Of a stretch of DNA of 64,000 nt, positions 1-10,175 are shown piece by piece. The translations under genes were made by a program, and so were the position numbers. The notes below the pieces were generated by a model, which did no database searches, was not told where the DNA came from, and saw only the letters and a list, made by a program, of their open reading frames with translations. The stretch's first letter is position 1; the number at the start of each line of letters is the position of its first letter. Origin of the DNA: Candidatus Eremiobacteria bacterium (lineage in GTDB: Bacteria > Vulcanimicrobiota > Vulcanimicrobiia > Vulcanimicrobiales > Vulcanimicrobiaceae); NCBI GenBank assembly GCA_963737065.1, contig CAVTRC010000002.1, forward strand, positions 384,001-448,000, in the 5' to 3' direction.

Positions 1-1
1 C

Positions 2-439
2 AAGCAAGTCGTCGACGTCAAAGTCGAAGACGGCAGGGTGATCGTGGAGCGCAGGGGAGATGCGAAACCGCATCGTTCCGCGCACGGTTTGACGCGGACG
101 CTCATCAACAACATGGTCGAAGGCGTCAGCAAGGGGTTTCGTAAGAGCCTCGAGATTCAGGGCGTCGGTTTTCGTGCCGCGAAGTCGGGCGAGAAACTCA
201 ACCTGAGCCTCGGCTACTCGCACCCCGTCGTGTTCGAACCGCCGACCGGCATTACGCTCTCGATCGAAGGCACCAACAAAATCCACGTCGACGGCATCGA
301 CAAACAACAGGTCGGTCAAGTCGCTGCGGAAATCCGTAAGCTCCGTCCGCCGGAGCCGTATAAGGGGAAAGGCGTTCGCTACGCGGGCGAAGTGATCCGC
401 AAGAAGCTCGGCAAGGCCGGAAAGGCAGGGAAAAAGTAA
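2..439 (+). CDS. rplF: 50S ribosomal protein L6 (5'-truncated by window)
   Basis: C-terminal [12 protein letters not shown] motif; first gene of spc-order cluster. Confidence 0.97.
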   Translation, partial: KQVVDVKVEDGRVIVERRGDAKPHRSAHGLTRTLINNMVEGVSKGFRKSLEIQGVGFRAAKSGEKLNLSLGYSHPVVFEPPTGITLSIEGTNKIHVDGIDKQQVGQVAAEIRKLRPPEPYKGKGVRYAGEVIRKKLGKAGKAGKK

Positions 440-804
440 TGGCGCGCCTCTCCAAAGACGTCAAACGTCACGCGCGCCACGAGCGCCTGCGAAAGAAGGT
501 CGCCGGAACCGAGCAGTGTCCGCGGTTGATGGTGCGGCGTACGCTGCACCACATCTATGCAACGCTCGTAGACGATGCAAAGGGACACACGCTCGTCGCC
601 GCGTCGACGCGCGACAAATCCGTGTCCGACCCGCTCGAGTCGAACACCAACACCGATGCGGCGAAGGCCGTCGGAGCAGCGATTGCTGCGAAGGCGAAGA
701 CCGCAGGCATCAACGACGTCGTGTTCGATCGCGGCGGATACAAATATCACGGACGTGTGCAAGCACTCGCCGATGCGGCGCGTGAAGCGGGGCTTAACTT
801 CTAA
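439..804 (+). CDS. rplR: 50S ribosomal protein L18
   Basis: [26 protein letters not shown] motif; synteny. Confidence 0.97.
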   Translation: MARLSKDVKRHARHERLRKKVAGTEQCPRLMVRRTLHHIYATLVDDAKGHTLVAASTRDKSVSDPLESNTNTDAAKAVGAAIAAKAKTAGINDVVFDRGGYKYHGRVQALADAAREAGLNF

Positions 805-1319
805 TGCAATATCGTGGTGGCGGTCGCGAACGCGACAACAGTGGATTTGAAGAAACGGTCGTGCGCGTAAACCGCGTCGCGAAGGTCGTCAAGGGCGGGA
901 AGCGGTTCAGCTTCAGCGCACTCGTCGTGGTCGGCGATCGCAAAGGCAAGGTCGGTTTTGCGATCGGCAAAGCGGGCGAAGTGCCGGAAGCGATTCGCAA
1001 AGCTGTCGAGCAGGCGAAGAAGAGCCTCGTGACCGTGCCGATGGTGGAAAAAACGATCCCACATCAAGTCAACATGACGGTCGGATCGGCGAAGGTTCTG
1101 CTCAAGCCGGCCGCGCCCGGCACCGGCGTCATCGCCGGCGGTTCGATGCGCGCGGTACTGGAGCTCGCCGGCATCCACGACATTCTGACGAAGTCGCTCG
1201 GAACGAACAATCCGATCAACGTGGTGCTCGCAACGATCGAAGCGCTTCGGTCACTCAAGACGGCCGAACAAGTCGCAAGCCTGCGTGGCAAAACCGTCAA
1301 AGAAATCTTTGCCGCTTAG
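804..1319 (+). CDS. rpsE: 30S ribosomal protein S5
   Basis: [24 protein letters not shown] motif. Confidence 0.98.
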   Translation: MQYRGGGRERDNSGFEETVVRVNRVAKVVKGGKRFSFSALVVVGDRKGKVGFAIGKAGEVPEAIRKAVEQAKKSLVTVPMVEKTIPHQVNMTVGSAKVLLKPAAPGTGVIAGGSMRAVLELAGIHDILTKSLGTNNPINVVLATIEALRSLKTAEQVASLRGKTVKEIFAA

Positions 1320-1352
1320 CACGCGAGGGCGAAGACCTCAGTAAGGAACATC

Positions 1353-1937
1353 ATGGCAGAGAAGACAACGAAGAAGCCGGCTAGTGCCCTTCGACAGAGC
1401 TCGGGACAGGCTCCGTCCGGCGCGAAGGCTGCCGCGACGGGCGGATGGACGCTCGCTACGCTCAAACCCGCAAAAGGCTCGTGGACGAAACGGCAACGGA
1501 TCGGTCGCGGGCACGGTTCGGGCATGGTGAAGACGGGCGGCGAAGGCGGCAAAGGTCAGACGGTGCGTTCGGGCGGCGGCAAGGGTCCGGCATTCGAAGG
1601 CGGACAGACCCCGTGGGCGCGGCGTCTTCCGCATCGGCGCGGTTACTCTCAAAAGGCGCGCGATATCGGCCATTTCCGCACGCGCTATGCCGTTGTAAAT
1701 CTCCATCAACTTGACGGTTGGGATACCTCGATTGAAGTGTCACCCGAGTCGCTGATCGAGCGTGGAGTTTTAAAGAGCGCCGAAGACGGCGTGAAAATTC
1801 TCGGCGGCGCAAAAAGCGGTAAGACGATTCCCCAAGGATTGAAATTTCGCGACATCCTGTTCTCCGCAAGCGCGCGCCAAGCGCTCACGGCGGCCGGCGC
1901 ACAGCTTCCCGTTGAATCGACTGAAGGCCAAGCGTAG
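1353..1937 (+). CDS. rplO: 50S ribosomal protein L15 with N-terminal extension
   Basis: [27 protein letters not shown] motifs; AAGGA RBS. Confidence 0.95.
   Translation: MAEKTTKKPASALRQSSGQAPSGAKAAATGGWTLATLKPAKGSWTKRQRIGRGHGSGMVKTGGEGGKGQTVRSGGGKGPAFEGGQTPWARRLPHRRGYSQKARDIGHFRTRYAVVNLHQLDGWDTSIEVSPESLIERGVLKSAEDGVKILGGAKSGKTIPQGLKFRDILFSASARQALTAAGAQLPVESTEGQA
1387..1411 (+). repeat. REP-like palindromic unit (CCCTTCGACAGAGCTCGGGACAGGC) inside rplO
   Basis: Resembles reverse complement of the ITS copy GTCATCCTGAGCTTGTCGAAGGA (29383-29405); translates LRQSSGQ. Confidence 0.55.
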
Positions 1938-3271
1938 TGTTTGACAATCTAAGAGCCGCGCTCTTAGTTCCGGAGATCCGTAAGCGTCTCGGCTTCGTGC
2001 TCTTTGCGTTCGCCTGGTTCGTGTTCATGATTCACGTGCAGTTGCCGAACGTGAACGAGCAAGCTTGGCAAAACGTGCTCAAGCAGGGCGCGTTCTACAA
2101 CTTACTCGGCTTCCTCTCCGGCGGCGCACTGCAGAAGCTCTCGGTCATTTCGATGGGCATCACGCCGTACATCAACGCGTCGATCATCATGCAACTCATG
2201 ACGGTGGTCTTGCCGCAGCTCGAAGAGATGGCGAAGAAAGGCGGCGAGGAAGGGCGTAAGAAGATCAGCCAGTACACGCGCTGGCTAACGATCGTGCTCG
2301 CGATACTTCAAGCGACGTTCATGACGAACGCGATGCGCGTATCAGGCGTCTTCTACGACACCTCGTTTTTGTTCCAGCTCTTCGCGATGATCGCTCTCGT
2401 TTCGGGGACGCTTTTCTTGATGTGGCTCGGCGAGCAGATTACCGACAAGGGGATCGGCAACGGCGTCTCGCTCATCATTTTTATCGGTATCGTGTTGCGT
2501 TACCCGACGTACGTCACGCAGACATATTCGAGCGCTGCACAGGGTGGCGAGTCGCTGCTGAATCTGGTGCTCTATATTCTGGTCGCGATCGCGATCATCG
2601 TCGGTATCGTCTTCATGTATCAGGGACAACGCCGCGTGCCGGTGCAGCAGGCGCGCCGCGTCGTCGGCCGCAAAATGTTCGCGGGCCGCTCGACGTACAT
2701 CCCCTTGCGATTGAACAATGCCGGCGTCATCTCGATCATCTTCGCGATCTCGATTCTGCTGCTGCCGCAACAGGCGCTCTCGTGGTTTTCGGGTCACCAA
2801 GGCGCGCAATCGACGTGGCTCCATCTCTTCGGGCCGGTGGAATTCCCGACGAACATCGCGGCGCTCTCCGAATCGCTCAACGTATGGTTTGCTCCGAGCG
2901 GCTTCTTCTACAACATCGCGTACTTTTTGCTCGTGGTGATCTTCACGTTTTTCTACAGCTCGATCGTCATCAACACGCGCGACGTTGCGGACAACCTGAA
3001 GAAGACCGGCGCGTTCATTCCCGGCATCCGTCCGGGACAACCGACGGTTGACTATTTGAATAAGATCTTGATGCGTCTCACGACGGCGGCGGCGATCTTC
3101 CTTGGTCTCCTCGCCGTTCTGCCGGGCGCGCTGCAGCGTGGACTTTCCGTGACGACCTTCTATCTCGGATCGACCTCGCTGCTCATCGTCGTCGGCGTCG
3201 CGCTCGATACGATCACGCAGATCGAAGCGCGTCTTGCGATGCGCGATTATCGCGGGTTCATCAAGCGTTGA
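1937..3271 (+). CDS. secY: Preprotein translocase SecY
   Basis: MGITPYINASIIMQL, GIGNGVSLIIF, FIPGIRPG motifs; multiple TM segments. Confidence 0.98.
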   Translation: MFDNLRAALLVPEIRKRLGFVLFAFAWFVFMIHVQLPNVNEQAWQNVLKQGAFYNLLGFLSGGALQKLSVISMGITPYINASIIMQLMTVVLPQLEEMAKKGGEEGRKKISQYTRWLTIVLAILQATFMTNAMRVSGVFYDTSFLFQLFAMIALVSGTLFLMWLGEQITDKGIGNGVSLIIFIGIVLRYPTYVTQTYSSAAQGGESLLNLVLYILVAIAIIVGIVFMYQGQRRVPVQQARRVVGRKMFAGRSTYIPLRLNNAGVISIIFAISILLLPQQALSWFSGHQGAQSTWLHLFGPVEFPTNIAALSESLNVWFAPSGFFYNIAYFLLVVIFTFFYSSIVINTRDVADNLKKTGAFIPGIRPGQPTVDYLNKILMRLTTAAAIFLGLLAVLPGALQRGLSVTTFYLGSTSLLIVVGVALDTITQIEARLAMRDYRGFIKR

Positions 3272-3924
3272 TGTTGCGCGACATCGTGCTGCTCGGCGCA
3301 CCCGGCGCGGGAAAGGGGACGCAGGCGCAGATTCTGGTGAAGCGTTTCGGCTATCGGCAAATTTCGACCGGCGACTTGTTGCGCGAACACCGCGACGCCG
3401 GCAGCGAGCTGGGCAAAGCCGCCGAAGGGTTCATGAAGCGCGGGGAGCTCGTTCCCGACGAGTTGATCGTCAAGATGGTCGAGGGTGAACTGCGTGATGA
3501 CGCCGGCGTGCTCTTCGACGGCTTTCCGCGTACGGTTGCGCAGGCCGACGCGCTCGATGCTCTATTGCAATCACGCGGCCGCGGGTTGCCGGGTGCCGTT
3601 TTCTTCGACATCTCGCGCTCGCTGCTCGAAGAACGTTTACTCGGCCGCTGGACGAATCCGCGCACGGGACGCGTCTACCACGAAACATTCAATCCGCCCA
3701 AACGCGCCGGCGTCGACGACGAAGACGGCGGGCCGCTGATTCAGCGTGAAGACGATGCACCGAAAACGGTTCGCACGCGGCTCGATGTGTTCGAAGCTCA
3801 AACGATGCCGCTCGTCACCTACTATGAGAGCAGCGGTCGCCTCGTTCCGATCGACGCGACGCAGCCGGTCGACGACGTAACACATAGACTGCTCCACGCG
3901 ATCGGGGTGGATCCCGCCGCCTAA
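3271..3924 (+). CDS. adk: Adenylate kinase
   Basis: GAPGAGKGTQA P-loop, ISTGDLLR, DGFPRT. Confidence 0.97.
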   Translation: MLRDIVLLGAPGAGKGTQAQILVKRFGYRQISTGDLLREHRDAGSELGKAAEGFMKRGELVPDELIVKMVEGELRDDAGVLFDGFPRTVAQADALDALLQSRGRGLPGAVFFDISRSLLEERLLGRWTNPRTGRVYHETFNPPKRAGVDDEDGGPLIQREDDAPKTVRTRLDVFEAQTMPLVTYYESSGRLVPIDATQPVDDVTHRLLHAIGVDPAA

Positions 3925-4736
3925 TGGTTACGCTGAAATCTCCGCGCGAGATAGAAACGATGCGGCGCAGCGGAAAGATCACCTCGAAGGTGTTGACCGA
4001 CTTAATGAAAGCGGCGCGCCCAGGGGTCACAACGGGATTTCTCGATGAAATGGCCGAGAACGGCATTCGCGAACTGGGCGGCATTCCTACATTCAAGGGC
4101 TATCACGGTTACACGGCCTCGATCTGCACGTCGGTCAACGACGAAGTCGTACACGGCATTCCGAGCGATCGCGTGCTAAAAGACGGCGATCTGCTCTCGA
4201 TCGACATCGGCACGACGTTCGAGGGCTACGTCAGCGACAGCGCCGTGACCGTGCCGATCGGAAACATCTCGCGCAACGCTGAGCGTCTGCTTGACGTTAC
4301 GCAGGAGTGCCTTATGATCGGGATCGCGCACATGCAGCGCGGTAACCGCGTGGGCGATATTGGCGATGCCGTGCAGAGGCACGCGGAGAGCCACGGGTAC
4401 GGCGTCGTGCGGGAGCTGGTTGGCCACGGCGTTGGGACATCGATGCACGAGGAGCCGCAGGTCCCCAATTATGGGAGCGCAGGAACTGGTGCGCTGCTGC
4501 GTCCCGGGCTCGTGCTCGCCGTCGAACCGATGATTACCGAGGGTGAGCACGCGGTCGAGATCCTCAAAGACGGCTGGACAGTCGTCACGGCAGATGGTAA
4601 ACTCGCAGCGCACTTCGAGCATACGATCGCCGTGACCGAGGGCGGTCCGAAGATCCTGACGCTCCGGAATTTCGGCGAGCACCCAAATGTCGCGCAGTAT
4701 GTTCCCGATCAGGAGAAGTCGGGGGCACCAGCATGA
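3924..4736 (+). CDS. map: Type I methionine aminopeptidase
   Basis: SVNDEVVHGIP, GHGVG..MHEEP, AHFEHT. Confidence 0.97.
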   Translation: MVTLKSPREIETMRRSGKITSKVLTDLMKAARPGVTTGFLDEMAENGIRELGGIPTFKGYHGYTASICTSVNDEVVHGIPSDRVLKDGDLLSIDIGTTFEGYVSDSAVTVPIGNISRNAERLLDVTQECLMIGIAHMQRGNRVGDIGDAVQRHAESHGYGVVRELVGHGVGTSMHEEPQVPNYGSAGTGALLRPGLVLAVEPMITEGEHAVEILKDGWTVVTADGKLAAHFEHTIAVTEGGPKILTLRNFGEHPNVAQYVPDQEKSGAPA

Positions 4737-4835
4737 GCCTGGGGGCGCGCAGCGCCTGGAGAACCTACACGGTTCCGAGCGACGCCTGCCCAGTGGGGAG
4801 TTTCATTGGTTGATTGAGTTCGGAGTGCACGATTA

Positions 4836-5123
4836 GTGGCGCGCCGAGGAGGGCGCCGCCCGCAGCGGGCGCGCAACAACTCGGACAAAACCGCAAAGAC
4901 CGCGACGGCCAAGGAAGAGGCGATCGAGGTTGAAGGAACGATTGTCGAGCCGCTGCCGAACGCAATGTTCCGCGTCGAACTCGCCAACGGTCATCGAGTG
5001 CTGGCGCACGTCTCCGGCAAAATCCGGATGAATTATATCCGTATTCTTCCTGGAGACCGCGTGCTCGTCGAGCTCTCGCCGTATGACTTATCGCACGGCA
5101 GAATTACCTACCGGTATAAGTAA
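4836..5123 (+). CDS. infA: Translation initiation factor IF-1 (apparent Arg-rich N-terminal extension; start uncertain)
   Basis: [40 protein letters not shown]. Confidence 0.95.
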   Translation: MARRGGRRPQRARNNSDKTAKTATAKEEAIEVEGTIVEPLPNAMFRVELANGHRVLAHVSGKIRMNYIRILPGDRVLVELSPYDLSHGRITYRYK

Positions 5124-5248
5124 AAACGAAATAGTACGAGTGGGAACCCGCCGGGCTTTGGCCGGCGGGGGGCGCACCGGGGCGAGGCTCCAAAGTGCCG
5201 TTACCAATGAAAGGGCCCCAATCGTGGGGACCACGATTGGAGAAAAAA

Positions 5249-5365
5249 ATGAAAGTACGTCCGTCAGTCAAAAAAATTTGCGAAGCGTGCAAGGTCATTC
5301 GCCGCGAAGGCAAAGTGCGCGTGATCTGCAACGTCAATCCGAAACATAAACAGGTGCAAGGATAG
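5249..5365 (+). CDS. rpmJ: 50S ribosomal protein L36 (not in ORF track)
   Basis: Hand translation [45 protein letters not shown]. Confidence 0.97.
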   Translation: MKVRPSVKKICEACKVIRREGKVRVICNVNPKHKQVQG

Positions 5366-5367
5366 TT

Positions 5368-5751
5368 ATGGCCCGTATTGCCGGTATCGATCTTCCGCGC
5401 GAAAAGCGCATTGAAGTCGGTCTTACTTATATCTTCGGTATTGGCCCCACGAGCGCGAAGAAGATGCTCGCTCATACGGGCATCAATCCCGACACGCGCG
5501 TCAAAGACCTCAGCGAAGACGACGAGAAACGTTTGCGCGACGCGATCGACACGCTGCAACTGCGCGTGGAGGGCGACCTGCGCCGTGAAGTCCAAGGCAA
5601 CATCAAGCGTCTAATGGACATCGGCTGCTACCGCGGCCTCCGTCATCGCCGCGGTCTCCCGGTTCGCGGTCAGCGCACGAAGACGAACGCGCGCACGCGC
5701 AAGGGACCCAAACGCACCGTGGCCGGCAAGAAGAAGGTCACCAAGAAGTAG
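5368..5751 (+). CDS. rpsM: 30S ribosomal protein S13
   Basis: [36 protein letters not shown]. Confidence 0.98.
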   Translation: MARIAGIDLPREKRIEVGLTYIFGIGPTSAKKMLAHTGINPDTRVKDLSEDDEKRLRDAIDTLQLRVEGDLRREVQGNIKRLMDIGCYRGLRHRRGLPVRGQRTKTNARTRKGPKRTVAGKKKVTKK

Positions 5752-5763
5752 GGACACACGCAG

Positions 5764-5793
5764 AGGCCCGGCAAACGCCGGGCCTTGTGATTT
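5764..5793 (+). terminator. GC hairpin after rpsM (possible weak intrinsic terminator)
   Basis: AGGCCCGGC-AAAC-GCCGGGCCT followed by TGTGATTT. Confidence 0.55.
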
Positions 5794-6650
5794 ATGTCGG
5801 CACATGCGGCTACTCGTATAAAGACTGGGTCGGGCCGTTCTATCCGCCCGCGACGAAGCCGGCCGAGATGCTGCGTTACTATACGTCGCGTTTCACGGCG
5901 GTTGAAATCGATTCGAGTTACTACGGCATCCCTTCTCCAAATACGATCGTGTCGCTGAATAAATGCACGCCTCCGCAATTCCGCTTCAGTTTCAAAGCGC
6001 CGCAAACGGTAACGCATCCGCCCGATACCACCGCGTCGGTTCACGATGATGCGCGACTGCTCGGCCAGGTGATAACGCCCATTCGTGCAAGCGGCAAACT
6101 GGCGTGCGTGCTGCTGCAGTTTCCCAACGGCTTCAAACGCACGCCGACGAACGAGCAGTACTTACTCCGTTCGATCGGCGCATTCGAATCATTGCCGGTC
6201 GTCGTTGAATTTCGAAACACCGAATGGCAGAACCACGAGACGGAACAGTTGCTGCGTGAGAACGGGGCGTCGCTCTGCAATGTTGATCTGCCGCTTCTCG
6301 ACGGCTTGCCGCACGCTTCATCCGATACGACGGGATCGATCGGCTACGTGCGGTTTCACGGGCGCAACACAAAGACATGGTGGACCGGTACGAACGTCAC
6401 GCGGTATCACTACCTCTACACGCCGGACGAACTCGTGCCGTGGACCGATCGTCTAGCCGAAATCGACGCGCAAGTCAAAGAAAGCTACGCATTCTTCAAC
6501 AACCATGCTCGCGGCAACGCGCCGCGCAACGCCGAGATGTTGGAAGAACTGCTCCGCGAGCGATTCGGCATGCTGTGGGAAGAAGCGCTCGCGCAGCCCG
6601 CGCAGACGCAACGTATGCCGGAATCGCTCTCGCTCTTTGACGAGAACTAG
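5787..6650 (+). CDS. DUF72 (YecE-like) protein
   Basis: YVGTCGYSYKDWVGPFYP, VEIDSSYY, YVRFHGRN, FFNNH motifs. Confidence 0.9.
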   Translation: MIYVGTCGYSYKDWVGPFYPPATKPAEMLRYYTSRFTAVEIDSSYYGIPSPNTIVSLNKCTPPQFRFSFKAPQTVTHPPDTTASVHDDARLLGQVITPIRASGKLACVLLQFPNGFKRTPTNEQYLLRSIGAFESLPVVVEFRNTEWQNHETEQLLRENGASLCNVDLPLLDGLPHASSDTTGSIGYVRFHGRNTKTWWTGTNVTRYHYLYTPDELVPWTDRLAEIDAQVKESYAFFNNHARGNAPRNAEMLEELLRERFGMLWEEALAQPAQTQRMPESLSLFDEN

Positions 6651-6699
6651 ACGCGCGCCGCGCAGTGCTTGCGCAATTCCTTCGCGAACCGCGGGCGCA

Positions 6700-7434
6700 A
6701 TGAAGGCGGTGATTACTGCCGGCGGCCCGATCGGCGGCGAGTACGCCGCGATCGCGGGTTCGTCCCTGAAGGCGCTCGCGCCCGTGCGAGGCGTGACGAT
6801 GCTCGATCGGACGATCGGCGCATTGCGCGACGCGGGCGTGGCGCGCATCGCCGTCGTTGGGAACGGCGACGTGCGCACGTCCGTCGACGGCCGCGCCGAG
6901 CGAATCGTCGATGACGCCGGAAGCGGCGCAAAGAACGTGCTCGCCGCCCTCAATGCATGGGCCGATGACGGTGAACCGTTGTTGTATCTGACATGCGACA
7001 TGCCGTATATCACCGCCGACGCAGTCGTGGCCTTCGTGGAGCGAGTTGCGGGGGGTTCGCTCGCAATGCCCCTCACGGAAATCGATGATTTCACGCGTCG
7101 TTTTCCCGGCGCACCGCCGTTCGGCATACGCCTTGCCGGCGAGTCCGTCGTTAACGGCGGCGTGTTTCACATTCCGGCCGGCGCGACCGCTCCCATTGCG
7201 TCGTTTGCAACGGCGCTCTTCGACGCGCGAAAGGCGCCATGGCGCATGGCGACGATCGCCGGACCGATGCTTTTGTTGAAATTTGCGTTACAGCGATTGT
7301 CGATCGCAGAACTGGAGGCGCGCGCACGCCGAGTTCTCGACATGAATGTTGCCGCTATCCGGAACAGCCCGCCCGAACTCGCCTTCGATGCGGATACCGC
7401 CGATGAATATCGCTACGCAATCGAACACGACTAG
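6700..7434 (+). CDS. MobA-like NTP transferase domain protein
   Basis: MKAVITAGG..KALAPVRG, LYLTCDMP, FDADT. Confidence 0.8.
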   Translation: MKAVITAGGPIGGEYAAIAGSSLKALAPVRGVTMLDRTIGALRDAGVARIAVVGNGDVRTSVDGRAERIVDDAGSGAKNVLAALNAWADDGEPLLYLTCDMPYITADAVVAFVERVAGGSLAMPLTEIDDFTRRFPGAPPFGIRLAGESVVNGGVFHIPAGATAPIASFATALFDARKAPWRMATIAGPMLLLKFALQRLSIAELEARARRVLDMNVAAIRNSPPELAFDADTADEYRYAIEHD

Positions 7435-8626
7435 CGCACGTGCCGAAAACCCGGCACGCCTGACCGTGCTGTGGTTCGGCATTCAACTTGCGTGGGGCGC
7501 GGTGCTCGGGATTTCGTTGCAAGCACGATCGCTGCAGTTAGGTGGTGCATCGGCGCTCGCAATCTACGGCGGCGTCTCAACGGCCGGCGCAATTGCGGCT
7601 GCAATCGTACAGCTTGCCATCGGGCCGTTCTCCGACCGCCGTCGTGGCGCAGGCGATAAACGGATTGCGTTTTATGCGACCGGCGGCATTGTAGCGGCTG
7701 CTGCGTTGGTCGCCTTCTACGCGGCGCCCACGACAGCGACGTTCGCGCTCGCGTTCATCATGCTGCAAGCTGCGATGAATTGCGCGATCGGTCCATATCA
7801 AGCGATCCTTCCCGATGCGGTTCCCGCCTCGCGCATCGGCGTGGCATCCGGTTGGATGGCCGCAATGCAAAGTGCCGGCAATGCGGTCGGCGCGATTCTC
7901 GCGACGCTGCTCGGTAATGGGATTCCACTCGCCCTAACGATCGCCGTGGCGTTGCTCGCGTCGTGCGCGGTGACCGTTTCCCATCTGCGGCGCATTGTGC
8001 TCCAACCGTTGCCTGCGCATCATTCGCTGCGCGTCACGCGAGCGCTCGTGGACCTCTTTGTTTCGCGCGCGCTCGTCTACGTCGGCTTTTACACGCTGCT
8101 GGGCTACCTTTTCTTCTATGTGAAAAATGCGCTGCCGCCGCACTTTGCGTTCGATGCAACGACGGCGAGCGGAGTTTGCGTGCTGATCTTCACGCTCGTC
8201 GGTGCGGTCGGCGCATTGATTGCCGCAAAACCGGCCGATCGTACCGACGAACGTCTCGTTGTTACGCTCGGCGGCGGAATTCTCGCGCTCAGCGTAGCGG
8301 CGCTCGGAATCGTGCACGGCGTTGCGCCGATCCCGGTTGCGATTGCCGTTGCCGGAATCGGCTGGGGCGTGTTCCTTTGCGCCGATTGGGCGTTTGCGTG
8401 CCGGGTATTGCCGGCCGGGGCACTCGCAACGACGATGGCCATCTGGAACATCGCCGTCGTGGGACCGCAAATCGTAGCACCCGCAGTAACGACTTTTGTA
8501 TTGGCGCGCATCGGCATCTTGACGACCGCCGAGGGCCCGCGCGGCGCATTCGCGCTTGCATGCATCGAAATACTGATCGGGTCGGTGTGGATCTGGCGTT
8601 TACCGCGCCAAGCGACCGGGAAATAG
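7403..8626 (+). CDS. MFS transporter
   Basis: ~12 hydrophobic segments, GPFSDRRR motif A, YQAILPD. Confidence 0.88.
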   Translation: MNIATQSNTTSARAENPARLTVLWFGIQLAWGAVLGISLQARSLQLGGASALAIYGGVSTAGAIAAAIVQLAIGPFSDRRRGAGDKRIAFYATGGIVAAAALVAFYAAPTTATFALAFIMLQAAMNCAIGPYQAILPDAVPASRIGVASGWMAAMQSAGNAVGAILATLLGNGIPLALTIAVALLASCAVTVSHLRRIVLQPLPAHHSLRVTRALVDLFVSRALVYVGFYTLLGYLFFYVKNALPPHFAFDATTASGVCVLIFTLVGAVGALIAAKPADRTDERLVVTLGGGILALSVAALGIVHGVAPIPVAIAVAGIGWGVFLCADWAFACRVLPAGALATTMAIWNIAVVGPQIVAPAVTTFVLARIGILTTAEGPRGAFALACIEILIGSVWIWRLPRQATGK

Positions 8627-8723
8627 ATTTTGATGACTCTTGGCACGGGAACCTGGTAAGCGGGTTGTGCGTTACAAGAGTTGGTAGCGGATTGCGCTAC
8701 CCGAAACCTAAGGAGGTTTTTTA

Positions 8724-10034
8724 GTGAAACGACTGAGCACCGGGGTCCTAGCAGCACTCGTCGCAGCGTGCTGTGGGCTCACCGCGGTGGCAGCGCCGAC
8801 GACATCGCAACTGCAGAGAAACAATGGACAAGCTGTAGTTGCACAAGCCGGCAATGCGCCAGCGGCGAACTTCGGTACCCCGCCGTCAGGTCAGATCCCG
8901 ATTCTTTTCAACGATCACCACGTTTACAGCAAGCCTGACGTTCTCAAACAAGGACGTGTTCTCGCTGCACTCGTGCGTGGTGGTACCGTTCTCATTCCGT
9001 TGCGTTCGATGTTCGAGCAGATGGGTGCGACGGTTTCTTACAACGCCGGCACGAAGACCGTTACGGTCAGCAAACCCGGCTCGGAAGTCCGCGTAACGGT
9101 TGGACGTCCCGAAGTGGTGATCAATGGTGAAACACGTCCGCTCGACGTGCCGCCTATGATCTATCAGGGCAGCGTTCTGGTTCCCGTTCGTGTTATTTCC
9201 GAAGGCATGGGCGCCTACGTGCAGTGGGTTCCCGACAAACAGGTCGTTGTCGTGCGCTATCTGCCGCCGACGCCGCCGCCGAGTGCACCTCCGACCGAGG
9301 CTCCGACGACTGCGCCGACCGTTGCACCGACGCCGACGCCCGCACCTGTCGCAACCCCGTATAAGGATATCTTCATCGCGGGCGACTACATCTTCTCGCC
9401 GAAGGTCTACAACGAGTTCAGCCCCGGCAACACCGGGAAGAGCTCGTACGGGATCCGCGGCGCGATCGAGTTCGACGCGTTGAATCTCCCATGGATGCTC
9501 GAAGGCACGTTCGAACAATATCAGTATCCACACAACTGCACCACGTTCGCGCCGCCTGTATCGTCGACGGACTGCAACGTCACGACGATCGGACAGACCG
9601 GACAAGTGCAAGTGCCGTCATTTACCGCGCGCGACAGCGATTTCGATGCTCGTCTCGGGCTGAAGGTCGCCGATCCGCGCATCTACATCGGCGTTGGATA
9701 TGTCTGGCGTTCGAACAACTACGGCTATCCGCGTGAAACCGGTTTTGGTTTCGGTGCAGAAAAGCTCCCGGACCTCAACCATGCTTTCTCGCTATACGGC
9801 AGCGTGTATTACTTCCCGAACATGAAGGGAAACTTTACGGATCCCGGCACGGGCACCGGCTACTCGCTCGCATACAATCTGCTCAAGTACCAGGTCGGCG
9901 CCGCCGTTGTCTTCGGCAACAGCCCCGTCTTCTTGGACCTTGGCTGGATGGGCAATAACGGAAAGAACAAGCTCAACGCACCGTCCGACTTCACGATGAA
10001 CGGACCGTACGCGGGCCTGGGTATCAAGTTCTAA
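8724..10034 (+). CDS. Secreted copper-amine-oxidase N-terminal (stalk) domain protein with Pro/Thr linker and probable C-terminal beta-barrel, copy 1
   Basis: Signal peptide; LIPLRSMFEQMGATV and VLVPVRVISEGMGAYVQW stalk repeats; ends GLGIKF. Confidence 0.8.
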   Translation: MKRLSTGVLAALVAACCGLTAVAAPTTSQLQRNNGQAVVAQAGNAPAANFGTPPSGQIPILFNDHHVYSKPDVLKQGRVLAALVRGGTVLIPLRSMFEQMGATVSYNAGTKTVTVSKPGSEVRVTVGRPEVVINGETRPLDVPPMIYQGSVLVPVRVISEGMGAYVQWVPDKQVVVVRYLPPTPPPSAPPTEAPTTAPTVAPTPTPAPVATPYKDIFIAGDYIFSPKVYNEFSPGNTGKSSYGIRGAIEFDALNLPWMLEGTFEQYQYPHNCTTFAPPVSSTDCNVTTIGQTGQVQVPSFTARDSDFDARLGLKVADPRIYIGVGYVWRSNNYGYPRETGFGFGAEKLPDLNHAFSLYGSVYYFPNMKGNFTDPGTGTGYSLAYNLLKYQVGAAVVFGNSPVFLDLGWMGNNGKNKLNAPSDFTMNGPYAGLGIKF

Positions 10035-10059
10035 TCAGAGCACTGATATCCGAGTTGAG

Positions 10060-10088
10060 GAGCCCGGCTTCGGCCGGGCTCTTTTCTT
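10060..10088 (+). terminator. Intrinsic terminator
   Basis: GAGCCCGGC-TTCG-GCCGGGCTC-TTTTCTT. Confidence 0.85.
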
Positions 10089-10175
10089 ATGACACCCGAA
10101 CGCCCTTTTTGGTATTTTGGAGACTGAGCAACGTGGATTGCTCGAATGGGTGAAAAAGCCTGAGGAGGGTCTCTA

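Noticed and set aside
9260..9360. CCGAC-rich repeats (also ~10660-10745)
   Set aside because: Explained by Pro/Thr linker codons
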